A stretch of DNA of 64,000 bases from Eledone cirrhosa (lineage: Eukaryota), in assembly GCA_964016885.1 (NCBI GenBank), contig OZ024741.1, forward strand, positions 1,612,001-1,676,000. The letters are read 5' to 3'. The position numbers and the translations under genes are program-made. The notes below the pieces were generated by a model. It was given only the letters and a program-made list of their open reading frames with translations, had not been told where the DNA came from and did not search any database. Below, piece after piece: positions 14,101 through 27,935 of the stretch. Numbering within the stretch: the stretch's first letter is position 1; every line of letters starts with the position of its first letter.

Positions 14101-15780
14101 ACACTGGCTGCCATATACAGCTACCAGAACACTGGCTGCCATATACAGCTACCAGTACACTGTTTGCCATATACAGCTACCAGAACAATGGCTTCCATAT
14201 ACAGCTACCAGAACACTGGCTGCCATATACAGCTACCAGAACACTGGCTGCCATATATAGCTACCAGAACACTGGCTGCCATATACAGTTACCAGAACAC
14301 TGTTTGCCATATACAGCTACCAGGACAATGGCTGCCATACACAGCTACCAGAAAACTGGCTGCCATATACAGCTACCAGAACAATTGCTGCCATATACAG
14401 CTGCCATGGCTGCCATATACAGCTACCAGAAAAATGACTGCCATATACAGCTACCAGAACAATGGCTGCCATATACAGCTACCAGAACACTGTTTGCCAT
14501 GTACTGCTACTAGAACAATGGCTGCCATATACAGCTACCACAACACTGGCTGCCATATACAGCTACCAGAACACTGTTTGCCATATACAGCTACCAGAAC
14601 ACTGGCTGCCATATACAGCTACCAGAACACTGGATGCCATATACAGCTACCAGAAAAATGGTTGCCATATACAGCTACCACAACACTGGCTGCCATATGC
14701 AGCTACCAGAACACTGTTTGCCATATACAGCTACCAGAAAAATGGCTGCCATATACAGCTACCAGAACACTGGCTGCCATATACAGCTACCAGAACACTG
14801 GCTGCCATATACAGCTATTAGAACACTGGCTGCCATATACGGCTACCAGAACACTGGCTGCCATATACAGCTACCAGAACAATGGCTGCCATATACAGCT
14901 ACCAGAACACTGGCCGCCATATACAGCTACCAGAACACTGTTTGCGATATACAACTATCAGAACAATGGCTGCCATATACAGCTACCAGAACACTGGCTG
15001 CCATATACAGCTACCAGAACACTGGCTGCCATATACAGCTACCAGAACACTGGCTGCCATATACAGATACCAGAACAATGGCTGCCATATACAGTTAGCA
15101 GAACACTGGCTGCCATATACAGCTACCAGAACACTGGCTGCCATATACAGCTACAAGAACACTGGTTGCCATATACAGCTACCAGAACACTGGCTGCCAT
15201 ATACAGCTACAAGAACACTGGCTGCCATATACAGCTACCAGAACAATGGCTGGCATATACAGTTACCAGAATAATGGCTGCCATATACAGCTACCAGAAC
15301 ACTGGCTGCCATATACCGCTACCAGAACACTGGCTGCCATATACAGCTACCAGAACACTGGCTGCCATATACAGCTACCAGAACATTGGCTGCCATATAC
15401 ATCTACTAGAACACTGGCTGCCATATACAGCTACCAGAACACTGGCTGCCATATACAGCTACAAGAACACTGGCTGCCATATACAGCTACCAGAACAATG
15501 GCTGCCATATACAGCTACCAGAACATTCTTTGCCATATACAGCTACCAGAACAATAGCTGCCATATACAGCTACCAGAATACTGTCTGCCATATACAGCT
15601 ACCAGAACACTGGCTGCCATATACAGCTACCAGAACACTGGCTGCCATATACAGCTACAAGAACACTGGCTGCCATATTCAGCTACCAGAATACTGGCTG
15701 CCATATACAGCTACCAGAACAATGGCTGCCATATACAGCTACCAGAACACTGGCTGCCATATACAGCTACCAGAACAATG
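1740..15780. repeat. About 3.4-kb sub-unit (122-123 monomers) present four times, starting near 1740, 5145, 8967 and 12344
   Basis: Offsets of 3404/3432 between matching ORFs (2017/5449, 3225/6629, 9244/12648). Each copy has one 'ctaccatgg' and one 'ctgccatgg' deletion monomer plus the rare 'gatgccaaatac' variant. Confidence 0.88.
8124..15322. repeat. Higher-order unit A, copy 2 (258 monomers)
   Basis: Same order of variant monomers as 897-8123, with a net loss of one monomer near 11780-11880 and a few private SNPs (e.g. gaacgctgg ~9775, ctacgag ~12255). Confidence 0.92.
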
Positions 15781-16859
15781 GCTGCCATATACAGCTACAA
15801 GAATACTGGCTGCCATATACAGCTACCAGAACACTGGCTGCCATATACAGCTACCAGAACAATGGCTGCCATATACAGCTACCAGAACAATGGCTGCCAT
15901 ATACAGGTACCAGAACACTGGCTGCCATATACAGCTACCAGAACACTGGCTGCCATATACAGCTACCAGAACACTGGCTGCCATATACATCTACCAGAAC
16001 AATGGCTGCCATATACAGCTACCAAAACAATGGCTGCCATATACAGCTACCAGAAGAATGGCTGCCATATACAGCTACCAGAACAATGGCTGCCATATAC
16101 AGCTACCAGAACAATGGCTGCCATATACAGCTACCAGAACAAGAGCTGCCATATACAGCTATCAAAACACTGGCTGCCATATACAGCTACCAGAACACTG
16201 GCTGCCATATACAGCTACCAGAACATTGGCTGCCATATACAGCTACCAGAACAATGGCTGCCATATACAGCTACCATGGCTGCCATATACAGCTACCAGA
16301 AAAATGACTGCCATATACAGTTACCAGAACACTGGATGCCATATACAGTTACCAGAACAAAGGCTGCCATATACAGCTACCAGAACACTGGCTGCCATGT
16401 ACAGCTACTAGAACAATGGCTGCCATATACAGCTACCACAACACTGGCTGCCATATACAGCTACCAGAATACTGGCTGCCATATACAGCTACCAGAACAC
16501 TGGCTGCCATATACAGCTACCAGAACAGTGGCTGCCATATACAGCTACCAGAACACTGTTTGCCATATACAGCTATCAGATCACTGGCTGCCATATACAG
16601 CTATCAGAACACTGGCTGCCATATACAGCTACCAGAACACTGGCTGCCATATACAGCTACCAGGACACTGGCTGCCATATACAGCTACCAGAACACGGGC
16701 TGCCATATACAGCTACCAGAACAGTGGCTGCCATATACAGCTACCAGAACACTGTTAGCCATATAGAGCTACCAGAACAATGGCTGCCTTATACAGCTAC
16801 CAGAACACTGTCTGCCATATACAGCTACCAGAACACTGGCTGCCATATACAGCTACCAG

Positions 16860-17160
16860 AACAATGGCTGCCATATACAGCTACCAGAACACTGTTTGCG
16901 ATATACAGCTATCAGAACAATGGGTGCCATATACAGCTACCAGAACAATGGCTGCCATATATAGCTACCAGAACACTGGCTGCCATATACAGCTACCAGA
17001 ACACTGTTTGCGATATACAGCTATCAGAACAATGGCTGCCATATACAGCTACCAGAACAATGGCTGCCATATATAGCTACCAGAACACTGGCTGCCATAT
17101 ACAGCTACCAGAACACTGTTTGCGATATACAGCTATCAGAACAATGGCTGCCATATACAG
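16860..17160. repeat. 112-bp (4-monomer) local higher-order repeat, about 3 copies
   Basis: The variant actgtttgcgatatacagctatcag occurs at 16891, 17003 and 17115; the 'atatag' variant occurs at ~16959 and ~17071. Confidence 0.88.
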
Positions 17161-17699
17161 CTACCAGAACACTGGCTGCCATATACAGCTACCAGAACAC
17201 TGGCTGCCATATAGAGCTACCAGAACACTGGCTGCCATATACAGGTACCAGAACAATGGCTGCCATATACAGTTACCAGAACACTGGCTGCCATATACAG
17301 CTACCAGAACACTGGCTGCCATATACAGCTACCAGAACACTGGCTGCCATATACAGCTACAAGTACACTGGCTGCCATATAGAGCTACCAGAACACTGGC
17401 TGCCATATACAGCTACCAGATCAATGGCTGCCATATACAGCTACCAGAACAATGGCTGCCATATACAGCTACCAGAACACTGGCTGCCATATACAGCTAC
17501 CAGAACACTGTTTGCCATATACAGCTATCAGAACAATGGCTGCCATATACAGCTACCAGAACACTGGCTGCCATATACAGCTACCAGAACACTGGCTACC
17601 ATATACAGCTACAAGAACACTGGCTGCCATATACAGCTACCAGAACAATGGCTGGCATATACAGTTACCAGAACAATGGCTGCCATATACAGCTACCAG

Positions 17700-20600
17700 A
17701 ACACTGGCTGCCATATACCGCTACCAGAACACTGGCTGCCATATACAGCTACCAGAACACTGGCTGCCATATACAGCTACCAGAACACTGGCTGCCATAT
17801 ACAGCTACCAGAACACTGGCTGCCATATACAGCTACCAGAACACTGGCTGCCATATACATCTACCAGAACAATGGCTGCCATATACAGCTACCAAAACAA
17901 TGGCTGCCATATACAGCTACCAGAAGAATGGCTGCCATATACAGCTACCAGAACAATGGCTGCCATATACAGCTAACAGAACAATGGCTGCCATATACAG
18001 CTACCAGAACAAGAGCTGCCATATACAGCTATCAGAACACTGGCTGCCATATACAGCTACCAGAACACTGGCTGCCATATACAGCTACCTGAACACTGGC
18101 TGCCATATACAATTACCAGAACACTGGCTGCCATATACAGCTAACAGAACAATGGCTGCCATATACAGCCACCAGAACACTGGCTGCCATATACAGCTAA
18201 CAGAACAATGGCTGCCATATACAGCTACCAGAAGAATGGCTGCCATATACAGCTACCAGCACAATGGCTGCCATACACAGCTACCAGAACACTGGCTGCC
18301 ATATACAGATACCAGAACACTGGCTGCCATATACATCTACCAGAACAATGGCTGCCATATACAGCTACCATGGCTGCCATATACAGCTACCAGAAAAATG
18401 ACTGCCATATACAGCTACCAGAACACTGGATGCCATATACAGTTACCAGAACAAAGGCTGCCATATACAGCTACCAGAACACTGGCTGCCATGTACAGCT
18501 ACTAGAACAATGGCTGCCATATACAGCTACCACAACACTGGCTGCCATATACAGCTACCAGAACACTCTTTGCCATATACAGCTACCAGAACAATGGCTG
18601 CCATATACAGCTACCAGAATACTGGCTGCCATATACAGCTACCAGAACACTGGCTGCCATATACAGCTACCAGAACACTGGCTGCCATATACAGCTACCA
18701 GAACACTGTTTGCCATATACAGCTATCAGAACACTGGCTGCCATATACAACTATCAGAACAATGGCTGCCATATACAGCTACCAGAACTCTGGCTGCCAT
18801 ATACAGCTACAAGAACACTGGCTGCCATATACAGCTACCAGAACACTGGCTGCCATATACAGCTACCAGAACACTGGGTGCCATATACAGCTACCAGAAC
18901 AATGGCTGGCATATACAGTTACCAGAACAATGGCTGCCATATACAGCTACCAGAACACTGGCTGCCATATACCGCTACCAGAACACTGGCTGCCATATAC
19001 AGCTACCAGAACACTGGCTGCCATATACAGCTACCAGAACACTGGCTGCCATATACAGCTACCAGAACACTGGCTGCCATATACAGCTACCAGAACACTG
19101 GCTGCCATATACAGCTACCAGAACAGTGGCTGCCATATACAGCTACCAGAACACTGTTAGCCATATACAGCTACCATAACAATGGCTGCCTTATACAGCT
19201 ACCAGAACACTGTCTGCCATATACAGCTACCAGAACACTGGCTGCCATATACAGCTACCAGAACAATGGCTGCCATATACAGATACCAGAACACTGGCTG
19301 CCATATACAGCTACCAGAAAAATGGCTGCCATATACAGCTACCAGAATACTGGCTGCCATATACAGTTACCAGAACACTAGCTGCCATATACAGCTACCA
19401 GAACACTGGCTGCCATATACAGCTACCAGAACACTGGCTGCCATATACAGCTACCAGAACAATGGCTGCCATATACAGCTACCAGAACAATGGCTGCCAT
19501 ATACAGTTACCAGAACAATGGCTGCCATATACAGCTACCAGAACACTGTTTGCCATATACAGCAACCAGAACAATGGCTGGCATATACAGTTACCAGAAC
19601 ACTGGCTGCCATATACAGCTACCAGAACACTGGCTGCCATATACAGCTACCAGAACACTGGCTGCCATATACAGCTACAAGAACACTGGCTGCCATATAC
19701 AGCTACCAGAACAGTGGCTGCCATATACAGCTACCAGAACACTGTCTGCCATATACAGCTACCAGAACACTGGCTGCCATATACAGCTACCAGAACAATG
19801 GCTGCCATATACAGCTACCAGAACACTGGCTGCCATATACAGCTACCAGAACAATGGCTGCCATATACAGCTACCAGAATACTGGCTGCCATATACAGCT
19901 ACCAGAACACTAGCTGCCATATACAGCTACCAGAACACTGGCTGCCATATACAGCTACCAGAACACTGGCTGCCATATACAGCTACCAGAACAATGGCTG
20001 CCATATACAGCTACCAGAACATTGGCTGCCATATACAGTTACCAGAACAATGGCTGCCATATACAGCTACCAGAACACTGTTTGCCATATACAGCTACCA
20101 GAACAATGGCTGCCATATACAGCTACCAGAACACTGGCTGCCATATACAGCTACCAGAACAATGGCTGCCATATACAGCTACCAGAACACTGGCTGCCAT
20201 ATACAGCTACCAGAACACTGGCTGCTACATACAGCTATTAGAACACTGGCTGCCATATACGGCTACCAGAACACTGGCTGCCATATACAGCTACCAGAAC
20301 AATGGCTGCCATATACAGCTACCAGAACACTGGCTGCCATATACAGCTAAAAGAACACTGGCTGTCATATACAGCTATTAGAACAATGGCTGCCATATAC
20401 GGCTACCAGAAGACTGGCTGCCATATACAGCTACCAGAACAATGGCTGCCATATACAGCTACCAGAACACTGGCTGCCATATACAGATACCAGAACACTG
20501 TTTGCGATATACAGCTATCAGAACACTGGCTGCCATATACAGCTACCAGAACACTGGCTGCCATATACAGCTACCAGAACACTGGCTGCCATATACAGCT

Positions 20601-23600
20601 ACCAGAACAATGGCTGCCATATACAGTTACCAGAACAATGGCTGGCATATACAGCTACCAGAACACTGGCTGCCATATACAGCTACCAGAACACTGGCTG
20701 CCATATACAGCTACATGTACACTGGCTGCCATATAGAGCTACCATAACAATGGCTGCCATATACAGCTAACAGAACACTGGCTGCCATATACAGCTACCA
20801 GAACACTGTTTGCCATATACAGCTATCAGAACAATGGCTGCCATATACAGATACCAGAACACTGGCTGCCATATACAGCTACAAGAACACTGGCTGCCAT
20901 ATGCAGCTACCAGAACAATGGCTGGCATATACAGTTACCAGAACAATGGCTGCCATATACAGCTACCAGAACACTGGCTGCCATATACCGCTACCAGAAC
21001 ACTGGCTGCCATATACAGCTACCAGAACACTGGCTGCCATATACAGCTACCCGAACAATGGCTGCCATATACAGCTACCAGAACACTCTTTGCAATATAC
21101 AGCTACCAGAACACTGGCTGCCATATACAGCTACATGTACACTGGCTGCCATATAGAGCTACCATAACAATGTCTGCGATATACAGCTAACAGAACACTG
21201 GCTGCCATATACAGCTACCAGAACACTGTTTGCCATATACAGCTATCAGAACAATGGCTGCCATATACAGATACCAGAACACTGGCTGCCATATACAGCT
21301 ACCAGAACAATGGCTGCCATATACAGCTACGAAAACAATGGCTGCCATATACAGCTACCAGAAGAATGGCTGCCATATACAGCTACCAGAACAATGGCTG
21401 CCATATACAGCTACCAGAACAATGGCTGCCATATACAGCTACCAGAACAAGAGCTGCCATATACAGCTATCAGAACACTGGCTGCCATATACAGCTACCA
21501 GAACACTGGCTGCCATATACAGCTACCTGAACACTGGCTGCCATATACAATTACCAGAACACTGGCTGCCATATACAGCTACCAGAACAATGGCTGCCAT
21601 ATACAGCTAACAGAACAATGGCTGCCATATACAGCTACCAGAACACTGGCTGCCATATACAGCTATCAGAACAATGGCTGCCATATACAGCCACCAGAAC
21701 ACTGGCTGCCATATACAGTTAACAGAACAATGGCTGCCATATACAGCTACCAGAAGAATGGCTGCCATATACAGCTACCAGAACAATGGCTGCCATATAC
21801 AGCTACCAGAACAATGGCTTCCATATACAGCTACCAGAACACTGGATGCCATATACAGCTACCAGAACAATGGCTGGCATATACAGTTACCAGAACACTG
21901 GCTGCCATATACAGCTACCAGAACATTGGCTGCCATATACAGCTACCAGAACACTGGCTGCCATATACAGCTACAAGAACACTGGCTGCCATATACAGCT
22001 ACCAGAACACTGGCTGCCATATACAGCTACCAGAACACTGGCTGCCATATACAGTTACCAGAACACTGGCTGCCATATACAGCTACCAGAACACTGGCTG
22101 CCTTATACAGCTACCAGAACAGTGGCTGCCATATACAGCTACCAGAACACTGTTAGCCATATAGAGCTACCAGAACAATGGCTGCCTTATACAGCTACCA
22201 GAACACTGTCTGCCATATACAGCTACCAAAACACTGGCTGCCATATACAGCTACCAGAACAATGGCTGCCATATACAGCTACCAGAACACTGTTTGCCAT
22301 ATACAGCTACCAGAACAATGGCTGCCATATACAGCTACCAGAATACTGGCTGCCATATACAGCTACCAGAACACTAGCTGCCATATACAGCTACCAGAAC
22401 ACTGGCTGCCATATACAGCTACCAGAACATTGGCTGCCATATACAGTTACCAGAACAATGGCTGCCATATACAGCTACCAGAACACTGTTTGCCATATAC
22501 AGCTACCAGAACAATGGCTGCCATATACAGCTACCAGAACACTGTTTGCCATATACAGCTGCCAGAACAATGGCTGCCATATACAGCTACCAGAACACAG
22601 GCTGCCATATACAGCTACCAGAACACTGTTTGCCATATACAGCTACCAGAACAATGGCTGCCATATACAGCTACCAGAACACTGGCTGCCATATACAGCT
22701 ACCAGAACACTGGCTGCCACATACAGCTATTAGAACACTGGCTGCCATATACGGCTACCAGAACACTGGCTGCCATATACAGCTACCAGAACAATGGCTG
22801 CCCTATACAGCTACCAGAACACTGGCTGCCATATACAGCTACCAGAACACTGGCTGTCATATACAGCTATTAGAACACTGGCTGCCATATACGGGTACCA
22901 GAACACTGGCTGCCATATACAGCTACCAGAACAATGGCTGCCATATACAGCTACCAGAACACTGGCTGCCATATACAGATACCAGAACACTGTTTGCGAT
23001 ATACAGCTATCAGAACAATGGCTGCCATATACAGCTACCAGAACACTGGCTGCCATATACAGCTACCAGAACACTGGCTGCCATATACAGCTACCAGAAC
23101 ACTGGCTGCCATATACAGGTACCAGAACAATGGCTGCCATATACAGTTACCAGAACACTGGCTGCCATATACAGCTACCAGAACACTGGCTGCCATATAC
23201 AGCTACCAGAACACTGGCTGCCATATACAGCTACAAGTACACTGGCTGCCATATACAGCTACCAGAACACTGGCTGCCATATACAGCTACCAGATAAATG
23301 GCTGCCATATACAGCTACCAGAACAATGGCTGCCATATACAGCTACCAGAACACTCTTTGCACTATACAGCTACCAGAACACTGTTTGCCATATACAGCT
23401 ACCAGAACAATGGCTGCCATATACAGCTACCACAACACTGGCTGCCATATACAGCTACCAGAACACTGTTTGCCATATACAGCTACCAGAACAATGGCTG
23501 ACATATACAGCTACCAGAACAATGGCTGCCATATACAGCTACCAGAACACTGGCTGCCATGTACAGCTACTAGAACAATGGCTGCCATATACAACTACCA

Positions 23601-26600
23601 GAACACTGGCTGCCATATACAGCTACCAGAACACTGGCTGCCATATACAGCTACCAGAACAATGGCTGCCATATACAGCTACCAGAACAATAGCTGCCAT
23701 ATACAGCTACAAGAACACTGGCTGCCATATACAGCTACCAGAATACTGGCTGCCATATACAGCTACCAGAACAATGGCTGCCATATACAGCTACCAGAAC
23801 ACTGGCTGCCATATACAGCTACCAGAACAATAGCTGCCATATACAGCTACCAGAATACTGTCTGCCATATTGAGCTACCAGAACACTGGCTGCCATATAC
23901 AGCTACCAGAACACTGGCTGCCATATACAGCTACAAGAACACTGGCTGCCATATACAGCTACCAGAATCCTGGCTGCCATATACAGCTACCAGAACAATG
24001 GCTGCCATATACAGCTACCAGAACACTGGCTGCCATATACAGCTACCAGAACAATGGCTGCCATATACAGCTACAAGAACACTGGCTGCCATATACAGCT
24101 ACCAGAACACTGGCTCTCATATACAGCTACCAGAACAATGGCTGCCATATACAGCTACCAGAACAATGGCTGCCATATACAGCTACCAGAACACTGGCTG
24201 CCATATACATCTACCAGAACAATGGCTGCCATATACAGCTACCAAAACAATGGCTGCCATATACAGCTACCAGAAGAATGGCTGCCATATACAGCTACCA
24301 GAACACTGGCTGTCATATACAGCTATTAGAACACTGGCTGCCATATACGGCTACCAGAACACTGGCTGCCATATACAGCTACCAGAACAATGGTTGCCAT
24401 ATACAGCTACCAGAACACTGGCTGCCATATACAGCTACCTGAACACTGGCTGCCATATACAATTACCAGAACACTGGCTGCCATATACAGCTACCAGAAC
24501 AATGGCTGCCATATACAGCTAACAGAACAATGGCTGCCATATACAGCTACCAGAACACTGGCTGCCATATACAGCTATTAGAACAATGGCTGCCATATAC
24601 AGCCACCACAACACTGGCTGCCATATACAGTTAACAGAACAATGGCTGCCATATACAGCTACCAGAACATTGGCTGCCATATACATCTACCAGAACACTG
24701 GCTGCCATATACAGCTACAAGAACACTGGCTGCCATATACAGCTACCAGAACACTGGCTGCCATATACAGCTACCAGAACACTGGCTGCCATATACAGCT
24801 ACCAGAACACTGGCTGCCATATACAGCTACCAGAACACTGGCTGCCATATACAGCTACCAGAACAGTGGCTGCCATATACAGCTACCAGAACACTGTTAG
24901 CCATATAGAGCTACCAGAACAATGGCTGCCTTATACAGCTACCAGAACACTGTCTGCCATATACAGCTACCAAAACACTGGCTGCCATATACAGCTACCA
25001 GAACAATGGCTGCCATATACAGCTACCAGAACACTGGCTGCCATATACAGCTACCAGAACAATGGTTGCCCTATACAGCTACCAGAATACTGGCTGCCAT
25101 ATACAGCTACCAGAACACTAGCTGCCATATACAGCTACCAAAGCACTGGCTGCCATATACAGCTACCAGAACACTGGCTGCCATATACAGCTACCAGAAC
25201 AATGGCTGCCATATACAGCTACCAGAACATTGGCTGCCATATACAGTTACCAGAACAATGGCTGCCATATACAGCTACCAGAACACTGGCTGCCATATAC
25301 AGCTACCAGAACACTGGCTGCGATATATAGCTACCAGAACACTGGCTGCCATATACAGCTACCAGAACACTGTTTGCCATATACAGCTGCCAGAACAATG
25401 GCTGCCATATACAGCTACCAGAACACAGGCTGCCATATACAGCTACCAGAACACTGTTTGCCATATACAGCTACCAGAACAATGGCTGCCATATACAGCT
25501 ACCAGAACACTGGCTGCCATATACAGCTACCAGAACACTGGCTGCCACATACAGCTATTAGAACACTGGCTGCCATATACGGCTACCAGAACACTGGCTG
25601 CCATATACAGCTACCAGAACAATGGCTGCCCTATACAGCTACCAGAACACTGGCTGCCATATACAGCTACCAGAACACTGGCTGTCATATACAGCTATTA
25701 GAACACTGGCTGCCATATACGGCTACCAGAACACTGGCTGCCATATACAGCTACCAGAATAATGGCTGCCATATACAGCTACCAGAACACTGGCTGCCAT
25801 ATACAGATACCAGAACACTGTTTGCGATATACAGCTATCAGAACAATGGCTGCCATATACAGCTACCAGAACACTGGCTGCCATATACAGCTACCAGAAC
25901 ACTGGCTGCCATATACAGCTACCAGAACACTGGCTGCCATATACAGGTACCAGAACAATGGCTGCCATATACAGTTACCAGAACACTGGCTGCCATATAC
26001 AGCTACCAGAACACTGGCTGCCATATACAGCTACCAGAACACTGGCTGCCATATACAGCTACAAGTACACTGGCTGCCATATAGAGCTACCAGAACACTG
26101 GCTGCCATATACAGCTACCAGATCAATGGCTGCCATATACAGCTACCAGAACAATGGCTGCCATATACAGCTACCAGAAAACTCTTTGCAATATACAGCT
26201 ACCAGAACAATAGCTGCCATATACAGCTACCAGAATACTGTCTGCCATATACAGCTACCAGAACACTGGCTGCCATATACAGCTACCAGAACACTGGCTG
26301 CCATATACAGCTACCAGAACACTGGCTGCCATATACAGCTACCAGAACACTGGCTGCCATATACAGCTACCAGAACACTGGCTGCCATATACAGGTACCA
26401 GAACAATGGCTGCCATATAGAGTTACCAGAACACTGGCTGCCATATACAGCTACCAGAACACTGGCTGCCATATACCGCTACCAGAACACTGGCTGCCAT
26501 ATACAGCTACCAGAACACTGGCTGCCATATACAGCTACCAGAACATTGGCTGCCATATACATCTACTAGAACACTGGCTGCCATATACAGCTACCAGAAC

Positions 26601-27935
26601 ACTGGCTGCCATATACAGCTACAAGAACACTGGCTGCCATATACAGCTACCAGAACAATGGCTGCCATATACAGCTACCAGAACATTCTTTGCCATATAC
26701 AGCTACCAGAACAATAGCTGCCATATACAGCTACCAGAATACTGTCTGCCATATACAGCTACCAGAACACTGGCTGCCATATACAGCTACCAGAACACTG
26801 GCTGCCATATACAGCTACAAGAACACTGGCTGCCATATACAGCTACCAGAACAATGGCTGCCATATACAGCTACCAGAACAATGGCTGCCATATACAGCT
26901 ACCAGAACACTGGCTGCCATATACAGCTACCAGAACACTGGCTGCCATATACAGCTACCAGAACACTGGCTGCCATATACATCTACCAGAACAATGGCTG
27001 CCATATACAGCTACCAAAACAATGGCTGCCATATACAGCTACCAGAAGAATGGCTGCCATATACAGCTACCAGAACAATGGCTGCCATATACAGCTACCA
27101 GAACAATGGCTGCCATATACAGCTACCAGAACAAGAGCTGCCATATACAGCTATCAAAACACTGGCTGCCATATACAGCTACCAGAACACTGGCTGCCAT
27201 ATACAGCTACCAGAACACTGGCTGCCATATACAGCTACCAGAACAATGGCTGCCATATACAGCTACCATGGCTGCCATATACAGCTACCAGAAAAATGAC
27301 TGCCATATACAGTTACCAGAACACTGGATGCCATATACAGTTACCAGAACAAAGGCTGCCATATACAGCTACCAGAACACTGGCTGCCATGTACAGCTAC
27401 TAGAACAATGGCTGCCATATACAGCTACCACAACACTGGCTGCCATATACAGCTACCAGAATACTGGCTGCCATATACAGCTACCAGAACACTGGCTGCC
27501 ATATACAGCTACCAGAACAGTGGCTGCCATATACAGCTACCAGAACACTGTTTGCCATATACAGCTATCAGAACACTGGCTGCCATATACAGCTATCAGA
27601 ACAATGGCTGCCATATACAGCTACCAGAACACTGGCTGCCATATACAGCTACAAGAACACTGGCTGCCATATACAGCTACCAGGACACTGGCTGCCATAT
27701 ACAGCTACCAGAACACTGGCTGCCATATACAGCTACCAGAACAATGGCTGGCATATACAGTTACCAGAACAATGGCTGCCATATACAGCTACCAGAACAC
27801 TGGCTGCCATATACCGCTACCAGAACACTGGCTGCCATATACAGCTATCAGAACACTGGCTGCCATATACAGCTACCAGAACACTGGCTGCCATATACAG
27901 CTACCAGGACACTGGCTGCCATATACAGCTACCAG
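17700..27935. repeat. Higher-order unit B (about 10.2 kb, 365-366 monomers), copy 1
   Basis: Identical ORF translations recur at +10208 (18510/28718, 19182/29390, 22811/33019, 23870/34078), and at +10236 before a one-monomer loss (18208/28444). 10208 = 365x28 - 12. Confidence 0.92.

Noticed and set aside
22811-23056. Minus-strand 81-aa ORF (also at 33019 and 38535)
   Set aside because: It arises because substitutions (GGGTAC, AGATAC) remove two in-frame TAGs of the reverse monomer; it recurs only through the block duplications.
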